This document shows positions 1-17,773 of a DNA stretch of 64,000 nucleotides, in pieces. Origin of the DNA: Euglena gracilis (lineage: Eukaryota). Position 1 is the stretch's first letter. The number at the start of each line of letters is the position of its first letter. The position numbers and the translations under genes were made by a program. The notes under the pieces were generated by a model. It did not search any database, had not been told where the DNA came from, and saw only the letters and a list, made by a program, of their open reading frames with translations. The stretch is taken from NCBI GenBank assembly GCA_039621445.1, contig CP154954.1, positions 33,825,737 through 33,889,736 of the forward strand. Direction: 5' to 3'.

Positions 1-559
1 TTGAGGGGGGTTGCCCTAAAACTAAAACTGGAAAAAAAAATGCCTCAAAAACTGCCAATTAGATGATAAAAATCGATTTTGGACTTAAAAATTGAGCTGG
101 GCAGCCCTTTTCTGACTCATTTTTGCCCATTTTTGGCCCATTTTTGCAACTCCGAAAGCAAAAAGTCAGTTACCATCCAGTGGCCCTTTTGGGCGGCTGG
201 AAATAAATGCACTCGTCGATGGCCAGGGAAGGAGTTTGGATGGAAAAAGGCTGCTGGCTGGCTGGACCCCCCCCCCCTGGGGGATGGGGTGCCCTTTGAC
301 TTCAGAAACACTCTGGTGGGGAGAGGAGCCACCCAATGAGTTCTGTAAACCGAGAATGCCTCAAGCAAGGTTGCTGTCTGAAAAATAAATACAAATGGTT
401 TAAAAACCATTTAAGCCTCCACCAGGGCGAAGCAGCAATCAGAAAGGTGTTCGCTTCATGGGGAGTCATCTGAATAAAAATCTCCGGAACCAAGCGCCAA
501 TCAAATCATTCACCCACCCACAGGCAATTCCGCAAATGAAACGGGAACGTTGACCAGAT

Positions 560-2500
560 GGCGGTTCTTCAGAGGCGGTCCACAAGCCCCCCCCCAGACC
601 AGCGTTGGGACCGCCCTGCCGACCGCAGCGCTGTTCCGCGCGGCGGGCCGCGTGGGCAGCCGCGCGGCGCGCCGGGGCACACCGTCGCTCTCCAGCGGCT
701 CCTTGCACACGTGGCGGGTGTGCCCGGTCCGCCGGCAGCGCGTGCAGAAGATCTCCCGCGGGCAGTCTCCCACAGGGCGGCAGTTGAAATCTGGTGGGGG
801 AGGTGACCAGGGCTGTGCACGAAGGCCGGGGGGGGGGGGCTGGTCAGACCCCCCACCCACCCACCCATGGGGTTGCGGGGATTCCGGTACAGCCCTGGGG
901 GTGACCCCCCCCCGGGAGGTCAGGATGGCACTGCGCAAGGGAAAGTGCCTTTGTGCCGAAGGAAAACTTGCCCGAAAAAAAAGGCGGCCCCCTGGAAAAA
1001 AGAGATGCCCCACTCAACCAACCGCCAGCAGAGGGTTTTGGGGATTCCCGTCCGGCCCTGGTCGCGCAGGCCGTGGTCGATGCTGCCGCAGTTCCGGCAC
1101 GGCCCGTCACTGCTCGGCCCCCGCGAGGGGGAGGACGCTCGCCCTGGGAAGGGGAGGGGGCGTTCATTCCCCTTCAACCCCTCTCAATGATGCCACAGAA
1201 ATACACACTGGGCAGGAACCTGTCCAGCGGAATGGGCTTTAACGGCGCGTTGGCCACCAAGGGAAAAACAAGAAATGTTGCGGGGTGGTTGGAACGACGA
1301 GCTGCGGAATCGATCGGCTGGTGCTGTGAGAAGGATGGCAGCACAATCCACCTCTGCGCCCCAAATAAACCTTTGGCCGATTTTGGCCCGACACCCAGAT
1401 CCAAGCAGCCCCTGATTAAATGCCCTGAAGGGCTTTTGATTGTTTGTCGTTGGAATGGAAGCGGCGTTCCAATAAAGCCAAACCCAAATACAATTCCCCA
1501 GGCCAATATTCAGAAACCCAATTAAAAGAAGCCAGTTGCTATCAGTCAGGAATGACGCATGCACATTGACACTGTTTCTTCAAAAAAAAGAGTATGGACG
1601 GGATGTGGGAACGACATACCACCATCCCGGCACACATGGTGGGTATGCCCTTTGTTTCCAGCCACCCGTGGCCGTCAAGCAAAAGCTTGCTGTTGGTGCA
1701 TTTCTGCATGGAACTAATTCTTCACTGATTAATTACTGATGGTCACTTAACCAATGAATCAATCATCGAGATGGATGGGGGTGTGGGCGGACGCCCCCAC
1801 CGGACCACCCATAGAGTTTCGGGGATTCCCATTGAGCCCCCCCCCCCCCTGCAGGGGCACACCAGGCTGGGTGGGTGGGGCTTAAAGCTGGGCCCTGGGG
1901 GCTTTAAACAGAGATGGTCGACCATCTGGTTCAACCATCCCTTCCTGGTTCCCAAATTTTAGGTATTTTTAAAAAAAAATAAGTAATTCAATTTTTCGTT
2001 CAGTGTTGGAAGAAATTTCTCCTCCGGGTGTGGTGATTTAGCGGGTGGGTCCCCCCCGAAAATCGGGCGGTGTGAAAACATTTCCCAATAAAAATTCCGG
2101 GGCTTCGCAAAATACCCACCCCGGCTGGGCTGACTGAGCTGAGACTGAGGCTGGGGGGTCCGGTCTGGACCCATCCCCCCCCCGAATCTTCCGAGTTAAA
2201 AACAAGCCAGGGTCGATCCCCCACCCGCAGGGTTTCCAAAATTCCTGTTCAGCCCTGCCCTCAGGTGCTGTCCTCGGAAGCCCAAATAATAAACTTTGGC
2301 GTATGATTTGGAGGGGATTCCTGTGGTTGTTTTATTTGGGCCCTGCGTTCCCCAACGTCCCCCCTGACAGCCAACGGGGGGCTGCGCACGCCCGCAGTTG
2401 GCGCAGGACAGCTCCCGGGGGCAGTCCCGCAGCCCGTGGCCCTTCTCGCCGCAGTTCCGGCAGCAGCCCGGCTCGTCGGGCGGCCCTGAGACACGGCAGA
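560..2500 (-). CDS. Multi-exon CCHC zinc-knuckle protein, 3' part; exons approx. 2388-2500, 1623-1653, 1064-1125, 560-767
   Basis: Splicing the GC-rich segments gives consecutive CX2CX4HX4C knuckles: CRNCGEKGHGLRDC, CANCGR|KGHTHHVC, CRNCGSIDHGLR|DC, CTRCRRTGHTRHVC. The junctions at 2387/1654 and 1063/768 fit non-conventional introns and keep the frame. Outer exon limits are approximate. Confidence 0.75.
768..1063 (-). other. Euglenid non-conventional intron
   Basis: 5' end GACCAGGGCCGG, 3' end CCGCCCTGTGGGA. CAG at +4..+6, CTG at -8..-6, complementary ends, no GT-AG. Removal restores GLR|DCPRE. Confidence 0.8.
1654..2387 (-). other. Euglenid non-conventional intron
   Basis: 5' end GCGCAGCCCCCCG, 3' end CGGGTGGCTGGAAAC. 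CAG/CTG at the consensus offsets. Removal restores an exact CX2CX4HX4C knuckle. Confidence 0.75.
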
Positions 2501-4476
2501 GTGGCCGGCCCGGCTCCCACCGCCCGGTCTCTGGCAGTAGTGGCCACAGCTGCCACCCGGGGCACACGGGCCGAACCCCGGGACTCAGCGCCGGGGGGGG
2601 GGGGTACGGCGCAACGCGGCACAAAACGGGACTCTTCGGCGCAGACATCTTCCCCACCGCCGGCTTCAGCATCCCGCCGGCCAGTTGGGGGGGGGGGGCA
2701 CACCGAGGTCCCGGTTGCTGGGGAACTGCCGCGAAGGCTGTGAACGGCCGGAGTCGGGCTTCTTCACCACCTGCGGGGGGGGGGGGACAATGGCCGCCCT
2801 CGAAGCGGACGGACGAGGCAGGGGGGCCTCAGGCTCCCCATCCATGACCCCACGCTGGGGGCATTCAGGTCGGGGGGAGGTGTCCCTGGATCCCCAGGAC
2901 AGATAGGACAGACGAGAAGAAATCCTTCAGGTGCCCCCTCCACCCCCCCCCCCCTGCACACCACCCTGCAAGGTCCATGCTCTCATGAAGGAACCATTCC
3001 CCAACCGTGGCAGCACCACGTGCCACCCTGCATCTGAATCGTTCACAGTTTCAAAAAAGGTATTATCCTGTCGTGTTGATTGAATCATTACAAGGAATGC
3101 CCAACTCTGCTCACTTTCCAGAACAACCTGAAATTGCGAAACCAGCCTGTAAACCATCTCTTGGAGGATGAAGTATTGCAGTCAAAAGCGGAGGACGGGT
3201 GCATCGCTGTTGCTGTTGGAATGCCGGCGGGGGTGAGGGTGGGACGCAAGGGGCGGCACGGTTGCTGCCGCGACAGCAACGGAGGGGGGGGGGGCCACCG
3301 TGAACTTCGACACGGGCTGCCGGTCGCCCAGCCGCCCGCCCGCCGAGCGCCGCCCCGGGGAGGCCGCCCCGGCCCCGACGCTGAACAACTGCGGAGGACG
3401 GACGTGAGAACAGCGATGCCGCCCTCCCCCCCCCCCGCCACCACCAGTCAGAAAAACGGGGATGCAGTCCATCCAGCCAGGGAGCTATGACGAGGGCCGG
3501 TTCACAAACCCATGCAAACCACCCCCAAGTATAAAGAAACCCCCCTGCTTTAGACTTGCACACTTGGGCAGGATATCAACACCCTCACAGTGGGGGGGGG
3601 GGGTTCTTCACATTGGGGTATAATTGGAGAAAACAAACGTTTCTGAGAGGCCCATAGAAACTTCAACTACATTCAAATACCAATTTTATCCAAAATTCCG
3701 TTTTGTACCTCCGACTTTCCCAAAAAGAGTGCATTTTTTTGTCCAAAATAGACAGTGGTGAAAACTGGATAGTTGGGGTGGTGGGGGTGCAGTTAAAGAG
3801 GCGGGTACCCCCCCCCCGGGCAGCAGCACTGGGCGGGGCTGCTGCGGGTGGCATACATTGCATTTGTTGTGCGAGGGGCAATGCCTCGAAACCCTCAACC
3901 ACGACCTCCCCTGGCTCGGCCCTCGGTGGCGACCCAGCGTAGGGTGAACCCCCCAATTGAGTGCACGGGATGCGCATATTGGACTGTGGTTTCGAGCCCT
4001 CGGGGGTGTGACACTCATTTGGGCACTGCGTACAATTTGGGCACCGCGCACTTAAATGGGGGTTTAGGCATTGCAGGAGACTGGGGCACCCACTGCAGCA
4101 AACCGATCATACTCCAATCGGCCCCGACTGCCACGGTGTGCAGTATGGCACTTCCACTTGTGGCACTTCCACTTCGGGGTTTTGGGGGGGGGCTTATATT
4201 TGGGTGGGAATACCAAACCCCCTGGGGGTTTAAATTTGTGGGGGGGAGCACCCTTGACAGGGGGCGGCGCACTTTTTTATCATTTGGAATACATTATTGA
4301 TATTAAATGTCAAAGCCACGTCAAAGTCACAAATTACAGTACTACATACTACATTTTTCCCAAAAAAATGTATCTTCATTGCTGTTGAACCATATCTTGG
4401 TTCAACTTAGGGTGGTCCCATCCCAACGCATTCGATGAAAAACCCACAGAGAAAAATGGCCAAATATATATATATT

Positions 4477-4522
<46 letters not shown>

Positions 4523-5508
4523 TGTATGTATGTATGTATGTATGTATGTATGTATGTATGTATGTATGTATGTATGTATGTATGTATATGTGTATATATA
4601 TATGTATATATATATGTATATATATATATATGTATGCATATATATAACTTATGTTGGCAAAACCGGATCAATTTAAGGGGTGATGCTTTCTGGCATCCTT
4701 GGATTGTCCATCCACCCAAATCATCAAAAAAAAAACGTGCTTTCGACTTTTTAATTTTGACACGGCAGAAGCGACAGCCCTCAGGCCCAAGGGGGGTCCC
4801 TAAGGAGCGGTCCAAAACAAAAAAAATAACCCCGTCCCTTGTGGGCCTCAATTTATCCACCGGCCTCGGTGAGCAACCTTTTGTCCCAACAAATAAAAAT
4901 CAACCATCTCATAATCCGATTGGAGGGCATTCAGCGGTTTGCCCAGATGTCTGCAACCGCAAGGTGATTGGAAATGCTCCACACTAACACCGCACCGCAC
5001 CGCACACATGCACACGGTGCACACACCGGTTGGCTCAGCAGGCTGAGACTGCTACCTGGCGCACTGCCCAGGATGCTGTCCTGGCCCAGTCCGAGGCCAC
5101 CCGGGAAGCCCTGCGGCGCCGCCAAATCAAACAAACAAATAATGAACCTGAAGTTTTTTAATGGCACCCATCCAAGCCAACTGAGGGGGCAATGCCGACC
5201 GATAAATAAAAATCGAAGTCTCGAACGAGCAAAAAAAAAATACCCCTGCACTTGGGACCAAAATGAGGCGCCTTCCGTCCCATCAGTTTGAAAGCACAAA
5301 TAGATCATTTGAGCTCCGTTCAAATCCCCCCCCCCCAAAAAACTGGTCCAGACCCACCCCGATCCATGGCGAAACCCCTCCCGCCCCGTCCACAAGACAT
5401 CGCAGAGCAACGTGGGCGTGGCAGGGCGCCACACACATACACACCCACCCACCCACCCACCCACCCACACACACACACACACACGCACACACACAACACA
5501 ACACAAGA

Positions 5509-5544
<36 letters not shown>

Positions 5545-5589
5545 CACCACACACACACACACACACACACAACACAACACAACACAAGA

Positions 5590-5627
<38 letters not shown>

Positions 5628-8600
5628 CAACCTGCAGCAGGCTGAGCTGGTCCAGGCCGCCGCCACTCAGGGGCCCCTGCGCCGGAAGAGCAGCGACACC
5701 CACGGCCAGAGGCCCATGGTTGGGCTCACGTGGCCACGGGCTCATCGGCGTGGCAAATGATGCAGTGGGCCACCGCGGTGCTCACGACACACACACCTGC
5801 TGCCGGAGGTCCAGGAGCCGCGCCGCCCTCTGTTGCGCCTGTGCGGCTTGCTGTGGGGTAGCGGGCAAGGGCAATTGGGGGTGGCGTTTTCCACAGTGCT
5901 AGACCCAAATAATTCCTTTAAACAACACATTATTCAATAACGGAAATTAGTTTTATAATTTGACTGTTTAGTAATGCTATAGCCTTGATGACATCTGAAG
6001 TCCATTTCTTGATGGCTTTCATTTAAGCAAGAGCAGCCCTCCTTTGGCTATTGTTGGAAACGTGGCCACAAAATATTAATCACTTCACGAAAAAAGTGCA
6101 TTGACAAAAGGCAAATGTAACTGAAACGGATCCCGATAGTGGGACATCGAGCATAGCCTCATTCGTCTTTTGGGGGGCGAGCTGTGCCCACGGAGCATGT
6201 CATCAACAGACACCATGGCAACCGGTAATTCACATGTCGGTTGGGGCCCACCCTTCCTTGCAAATGCTGCTGTTTGAACCTGCTGGACCGCGGGACTGAC
6301 GTTCCGGCGCCGGTCGACAGGCAGCAGATGGTGCCGGACCATGCCCACACACACAACCACACCCACCCACCCACCCACCCACCCACATGGCGCGTGCGCA
6401 GACACACAACACACACCCACACACAGCACCCACACACCCACACAACACAACACACAGACACACAACACAACACAACACCACACAACACAACACAACACAA
6501 CACAACACAACACAACACAACACAACACAACACAGCACACACGCATTGCCAACAGGACACACCGCTTTTGGCGTAAAAAAAAAAAGATGCCTGCTGGAGC
6601 ACACACCTGCAACTTCTGCATTTGCTGCACAGTGGACCGCATTGGATCCTGAGCGTTCAGGCTGTTCGAAGCCAACTGTGCCAACTGCAGAGCCTGGGAG
6701 GGGAGAGAATGAAACAAAGACAAAGCCAGTCCTGGGTCTGCGTCGCATGAAAACGTTGCCAAGGACACCCGACTCCCCTCCATCCACACGGGGATGAACA
6801 GCCAGAATGGCCCATTCTCATCCCAAGGCGAAAGACCTCGTCACGTGTTCCCACAATCAATGATGATGAGTTTCTGGTGGGTGATATGTATTAGCTGGGG
6901 GGGCCTTATCTCTGCCCTGTGCCACTCGGCCATTGAACTTAAATCCACCCCAAAAGTTTGCACTGGAATCTTACAGCATGGCTTCCGAAAAATGGTTCCA
7001 AAAGGTCTGCTTCAGATTTCCGACTCCTATAAAATCCATACTGACTCTCCTTCACTGACTTTTCTGTTTGTTGGATCCTTGTGCAATGACATTATGCAGA
7101 GGGGGATGCAACACGGACCCTCGAAAAACGCACATGTGCAGCACATGTTTTGATAATGATATCTGAAAATCCCCATTGAACCCTGCTTCTAAGCAGGATG
7201 TTGTCATCTGACCAAAGATCTCAAAAATTGCAAAAAAGGTATCACACAGAATAGTGGAACAGAGATGGATGTGCCAGTCAAAACCTTTCCTGAGCAGAAA
7301 ATGGGTTGTCTTCCAAGCAGGGCTTTTTTTTACCCCCGGGGGGTCCAGCTCAGGGGTTGGAAACTGTGGGCTGGCTGGAAAAGGCTGCCCCCCCCCCAGA
7401 GGTCCTGGGCTGGAGCTGGGCCCAACCCAGCGTTGAACTATGTGCCAAAAATCAAAATCACAAAAAAAATGCCCCAAAAACTGCCAATTATGCAAAAAAA
7501 TCGACCTTTGACCCAAAATTTGCCTTGATCAGCCCTTTTCCGGCCCATTTTCGCCCATTTTTGGCCCATTTTTCAACACCTGAAAGCGAAAAACCCGTTA
7601 CCGTCCGGCCGCCCGAAGGCCGGAAAGAAGGCTGGAAATGAATAAAACTCGTTGATGGGGGGGGGTCCCCAGCTGGAAAAAAGCTGCTAGCTGGAAAAAG
7701 GCTGCTGGCTGACTGGACCCTGGGGGTGGGGCAAAATTTTCTTGAGCTACACCCTTCCAAGTTCGCCATGATAAGGCATGGGTCGTTTCGCCCATATGGC
7801 TGAGAAAAGCTACTTCCCCAAGCATCGGCAAATGGCATGTGGGTACTGCATTTTTCATGAAAACCATTCTAAAGGCACGCAAACAAACCCCCCCCTGAAC
7901 CCCCCAACAAAACCAAAAACCAACACAGATCCCCCCCCCGTTTTCATACTCGAATCTCCCCAGCACCCCCCTACACACCATCAAGTACGGTCACCGCCGC
8001 CCCACCCCCACTTCCTTCATTCTCACCCCCGCCCCCTCCCCCCGTGTACCCCCGGCCCCCTCCAGCTCCCCCATCCCCCTATTTTGCCGTCCACCCCTCC
8101 CCCCCCCCCCTTGCCGCTTTCCCCGCGCACCCCCATTCTCCTCCCGCACCGATGTCATCGCCCCCGCTGTGGACACAGCCCCTGACATCCCCCCCTCACA
8201 CGGTGTTGACCCCCCCCGCGCGCCCCTCGCCCGGGGGTAAGCTATGCAACGCTGTGCTGGACGGGCAAACGGACCCGTATGCCTGGCTCCCCTGGCTGCT
8301 AGCAATGTGCAACACAAAACCCTTTCGGCCGTCCCTCCCACAGTTCCATAACATCCCGCACTGGCCTTCCGCCCAAGCACAACTGTCGCTCCCCGCCCAC
8401 GGCCTGCACACCGCATGCTCACTTTGCGTGCCAGATGCGCTTGGGGGCACGCAAACTCTTCACTGACCCCCCAAAAATTCCAATACAGATCCCCCGGAGA
8501 GATTTTCAGCAATTGACCCAAAATAGACTCAAGGTCGCATTTGAGGAGGGGCAAGGTAACTGGCTTGCCGAACCCCCCCAAAACACGCTCCAAGTGGATT

Positions 8601-8998
8601 GAGCACCGCAAGTGTATTCCAGCGGGGATTTGGAGGGCTGTGGAAGTCGCTGGTGCTGTGACCTCAACACCACATGTCTGGAACTTTCCCATTCTTTGAT
8701 GGAGAGCACCTGAAACTGATTGGGGGACAAGACCGATGACGAGGCCGCCTGGGACAGCAGGCTGTGAAGGACGGGCAAACCGTGGGAACCATCACCCTGC
8801 AATCCACTTTTCTTAACGCTGTGTGCAAACCAGCTCCTCCAACAGGTATACCCTCTGTGAATCAATTGCAAAGAAAACATATCAAATGGTTGCAGGAGGG
8901 CCCAAACAAAAACCAACATACCAACCCATCACTGGGCAACCCTTCCACAGATCACCCAAGCACACACGTCCGCGCGTGCGCACACACAACACACATAC

Positions 8999-9072
<74 letters not shown>

Positions 9073-10540
9073 ATACCCACACGCACAACGCACACACACG
9101 CCCGCGCCCGCACGTGCGTGCACCTCTGCTGATGCAACAACTCTTGCTGCTGCTGGTGCAGCTGAATCTGCTGAAGTTGCTGCTGCTGCTGTTGCTGCAA
9201 CTGGTACTGGGACGCATCTGTCATTTCCCAGGGGGCCGCCTCTTCCGGTCGGGCCATCTCTGCCGGAGCACTGGCCTTGAGGCGCCGGAAGCCCCCTGGC
9301 CGCCCCGGCGCTGTACAGCATGCTCGAGATGGGGGCGACGCTCCCCCCTGCGGAGAAGGGACAGGTTGCGGATGCCAGGGCGATCCTTCACAAGAAAAAA
9401 AACACGGCCCGTCCCAGCACGTTCAATGAGAAATCCACAGGGACCAGGGATGGATGGGAAGCCTTGAGGGGGGTCCGGACCCCTCCCAACACGGGGAGAG
9501 AGGGGGGGGGTCGGATCCCCCCCCTCCTACCTCGATACTGAAGAGGGCCCCGAAATTTTTCGGTTTTGCGGGCTGGCAAAGGCCGGATACCAGGCCGAAA
9601 TCGGACTCCCTGATTTTTCGGTGAGAATAAATCCAAAAAGGCTCATTTTTTTTGAATTTTTTGAACACTTTTTATGTGGAAAACACCAAACGGCCAAAAA
9701 AAATGTGCATGCTCAAAAGTGAGGGAAAAGGGCATCGTTTGCTCATTTTCCAGTGCGCAACGCCAGAAGAAAATTTTCGCTTTCATTTTTATTTTGAAAC
9801 CTGCCTGGGGGTGGGGGTCCGGACACCCCCTCCCAACATCTAGGGGGGCGGGAATGGTCCGGACCCCCCCCCTGCCACCTACCTCAAAACCGAAAGGCTT
9901 CCCATCTATCCCTGATGGGGACAAACGGCCAAAAACATGGCCATATTTGGCAAAAACGGGTGGCCTTCGGGAAAAAATGATTTCTGGCAACCTTGGACCA
10001 TCGCCCATCCAAAAAGCTGTTCGACTTTTTAATTCTAATTTGACCCTTGGCCGTCCCTTGGGCCTGAGGGCGGTCCTTAAGGGGGTCCTTAAGAGGAAGA
10101 CCCCTCCCGTCCCTTCTGGACTGCCCTGTGCCCAGGGGAGTGGAGAGGGACAACCACTGGCAGGCCAGACCAGGCCGCAGACCAGTGGCCAGCAGCGGGC
10201 AGTGGAAACCGGCGGCCCCGCCGGCTGCACCGGCAATGGCTGAGAGGGGGGGGGAGGGGAGGGGGGGGGCACACCCAGCAGGGCCTGGACCACGGCCAGG
10301 TGCTGCGCGCTGAGGAGGTGCTGCTGCCAGCCTGCGGTGGGGGAGGGGGGGGGATAGAGGTGATGGCAGGTTGGGTGGGCACAATGCAAAAGGCCGGGGA
10401 CAGTGTCAAGGTCTACCGCAGAAATGGAATCCTGCCGAGGTGGTGACCCGGAGGAGGCACCGGGGAGCTGCGGGGAGGCTCCCTGCGGCCGCAAGGAACC
10501 AGGCTCCGGGGACGCTCCCCGGAGCCTCAGGGAATCCATT
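2500..10540 (-). CDS. Probable upstream exons of the zinc-knuckle gene (Q-rich, low-complexity); exon limits uncertain
   Basis: Coding-like minus-strand islands between microsatellites: ~5630-5770 ([17 protein letters not shown]), ~6607-6695 ([31 protein letters not shown]), ~9123-9330 (poly-Q), ~10270-10340 ([10 protein letters not shown]), ~10410-10540. That they belong to one gene is inferred from strand and order only. Confidence 0.35.
4463..4645. repeat. Compound (TA)n/(TATG)n microsatellite
   Basis: Directly visible tandem repeat. Confidence 0.95.
5430..5626. repeat. (CA)n/(CACAA)n microsatellite; similar tracts at ~6350-6540, 8980-9070, 17255-17366, 18657-18730, 24252-24297
   Basis: Directly visible. 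Confidence 0.95.
7318..7753. mobile_element. hAT-type MITE, family marked by GGCTGGAAAAAGGCTGCTGGCTG; relatives at ~1-316, ~13430-13853, ~22158-22560
   Basis: Starts CAGGG and is flanked by the exact 8-bp direct repeat CTTCCAAG (7310-7317 and 7754-7761). The internal sequence recurs in three other places. Confidence 0.7.
8200..8900 (+). pseudogene. Possible highly decayed CRE-like retrotransposon fragment
   Basis: Broken peptides [17 protein letters not shown] and GNWLAEPP occur in the same order as CLDG, QATLPxxxGGLG and GWLxxxPS in the elements at 38-64 kb. Confidence 0.3.
9445..9914. mobile_element. MITE with ~19-bp TIRs
   Basis: CAGGGATGGATGGGAAGCC ... GGCTTCCCATCTATCCCTG. Flanks ACAGGGAC/ATGGGGAC resemble a decayed 8-bp TSD. 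Confidence 0.65.
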
Positions 10541-12899
10541 TTGTGGCAGGCCATTTTGCATGAGGAGTGCAGTGGAGTGCTGCTTGGATTGAGCTGGGAC
10601 TGATGTCTGGGGCACAAAACAGGGGATACGGCATAACAGTTCAAAATAGCTCATGATGTTTGCAGCAGGGGAGAAACGTTGCCAGTTGTTTCGGTGGCCG
10701 GGGGGGGGCACCCCCACCCCACTCCCCCAAACAAAACCCCTTTGCACATCAAGGCTTCCGGGGTTATATGCTGTTGCCCAAGGGCAAACACATCACCCAT
10801 TTTGTCCCACATACCCTTTTGTGTGCACGTTGACCTTACCCCATCCCTTTCCAAATGCCATTGTGCACGAGTGAACGCCATGGTGCATGGGTAAACTGTG
10901 CATTAAATTGAAAAAACACTTTGTGCACAGCTTCCTACGCTGCCTGTCAACCATCCTTGTGATCCACAAAACGACGTGTCAATTTTCACCTCTTCCAATC
11001 TCGCCTGGAGGGTTTGTAGATGCTTGAACACTGACCTGTACATTTGGTGGGAGAAAAACACATTTGGTGTTTCTCTTTTGTGAGGTTGGCCAGTTCGTCA
11101 GTAAGATTCCAAATTTTATGGGACCCAGAGTTTTGAGCTCCCACAAGCCAGAGCCATCAGGGTGAACCGAGGTCTCGAAATGGCGTTGGCCGGAGGCAAG
11201 GTGTGGGGTCCATCCTGTCCAAGAGCGATCTCAGACTATTTCTCTAAACGGGCTATTGGGAAGAAGTACACAATGCCACACCTTGCTCCGTGGCGAAGGC
11301 AACGTTGCAAGGCTGACAGGAGTACGCCTGCATAGCTGAGGCGCTGGAAGCACAGGCAACCGCAATTCCGGGCTGGGCAGGCACACAGGGGCCCTGCGAA
11401 CGGTGACAAGTCGATGAGGGGGTCCAGTTAACTGTATTCCCCCTTAATAGAAGTGTGGGGCTGCTACAAAGCGCACGGTCCAAATAAAAGCACACCCCCT
11501 GCCACCGAAGGCGGCGGTCCGCTACAAGCGCACCCCCATTTGCATATAAAATCAAATAAAAGCAAATTGCATATCAAATCCTTTAGGAGCTCCCCCGGGA
11601 TGTACAATTTTTTTCCACCGGAGAGGAATTAAAAAAATTTGGCTCTGCTGGGGATAATTTTTCATTTTAATAACATAAGGCATTTTGTTGACCAAAAATG
11701 CAAAAGTGACAAAAAATTGACAAAATTTCTGGCTTTCGGAGAAAATCGGGGCCAAAACGAAGACGTTTTTCATTGTCAAAAATTTTCCAACAAAAATCCA
11801 AATATCGCCAAAAACACACACACACACACAAAGCGCAAAAAAAAACGAAAATTTTGCCAAAATCAAAAAAACGCAAAAAATGCAAAAAATTCGCATTTGT
11901 GTTTTCCCCCCTGCTTTGGAGGGACAAAGCAGGAAGGGCTGAACTTCCAGGGAACTCGATAGGCCAGCAACAGGGGGTCCACTGGCCAGCCATTTTGCTA
12001 GACACTGGAACAAACCACTAGCAACAACCCCCCCCCCCAGTAGGGGGGTCCACAAATATTTCCACTAGCCAAACTTGGACAACCAGCAGTCCAGCCCCCC
12101 CCCCCCCCCGGGGGCTGCGAACCCTCAAACAACAGCCTGGCCACGACCGACAGCTGTACCCTACCTTACCACCGCCCCTTAAGGAGCCCGGCGTTTCTTT
12201 CTGCGGCTCTGACGGACAACACAAAAAGGCCAAGTTCAGGGAATGCACTCGCGAGGTGGCACTGGGGTGTAGGGGGCAGCGGCACTGAACGGAGGTGGCC
12301 CCGGTGGCGCGCGGCGGGTCAGGCGGTGGGGCAGCTGATCAGCAGCTCCGGGGGGCAGGCCTCGCTGAAGCACCGGCGGTCCAGCGGGCCGGCAGCGGTG
12401 CGGGCAGGCCCGGGCCAGGACGCCTCACCCCGAACCGCCCTTTCCCTCGTCTGCCTGGCTGGCTGGATGCCCGGCTGCCAACCACACAACTGTTACCAAC
12501 CCCCTGGGGGGTGGAGTGGGGTCATTTCCACTCTTCCAAAAACCAGTCAGTCACCACCCCGGGGTCCGGGGTGGGGGGGGGGGGGTCGGCCACTGGAATC
12601 CAAGGGAAAATGGACCACAAACGGTAAAAAAAAACCAAAATTTTCTCTGGCACCTTCAGCGCCAGGCGCTGGGTCGCTTGAGCGCTTGTTTGCAAACCTC
12701 CCTCTTTTGGGGGGGGGGGGTCAGGCCAAATAAAAAAAAACAGTCCGTCACTCACTGGAAAAAAAACACCCCGCACCCCAGGGGGTCGGCCAGCGACTAA
12801 GTGGTGGCATGCTGCCAACTTGAACATGCTGCTCTTGCAAGGAAGCCACTGCGGGGCGTTGGCCCCATTGCAACGTTGATGGCTCCCTTGCCTGGGCAC

Positions 12900-17773
<4,874 letters not shown>

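Noticed and set aside
4376-6800. Long ORFs rich in CV, HT and MYVC repeats
   Set aside because: They are translations of microsatellites, not proteins.
11260-11460. Possible decayed 2A (LLLRGNTVN..GP) followed by a zinc-finger-like CQPCNVAF on the minus strand
   Set aside because: Needs assumed indels and lacks the His ligands and downstream RT motifs; too weak to call.
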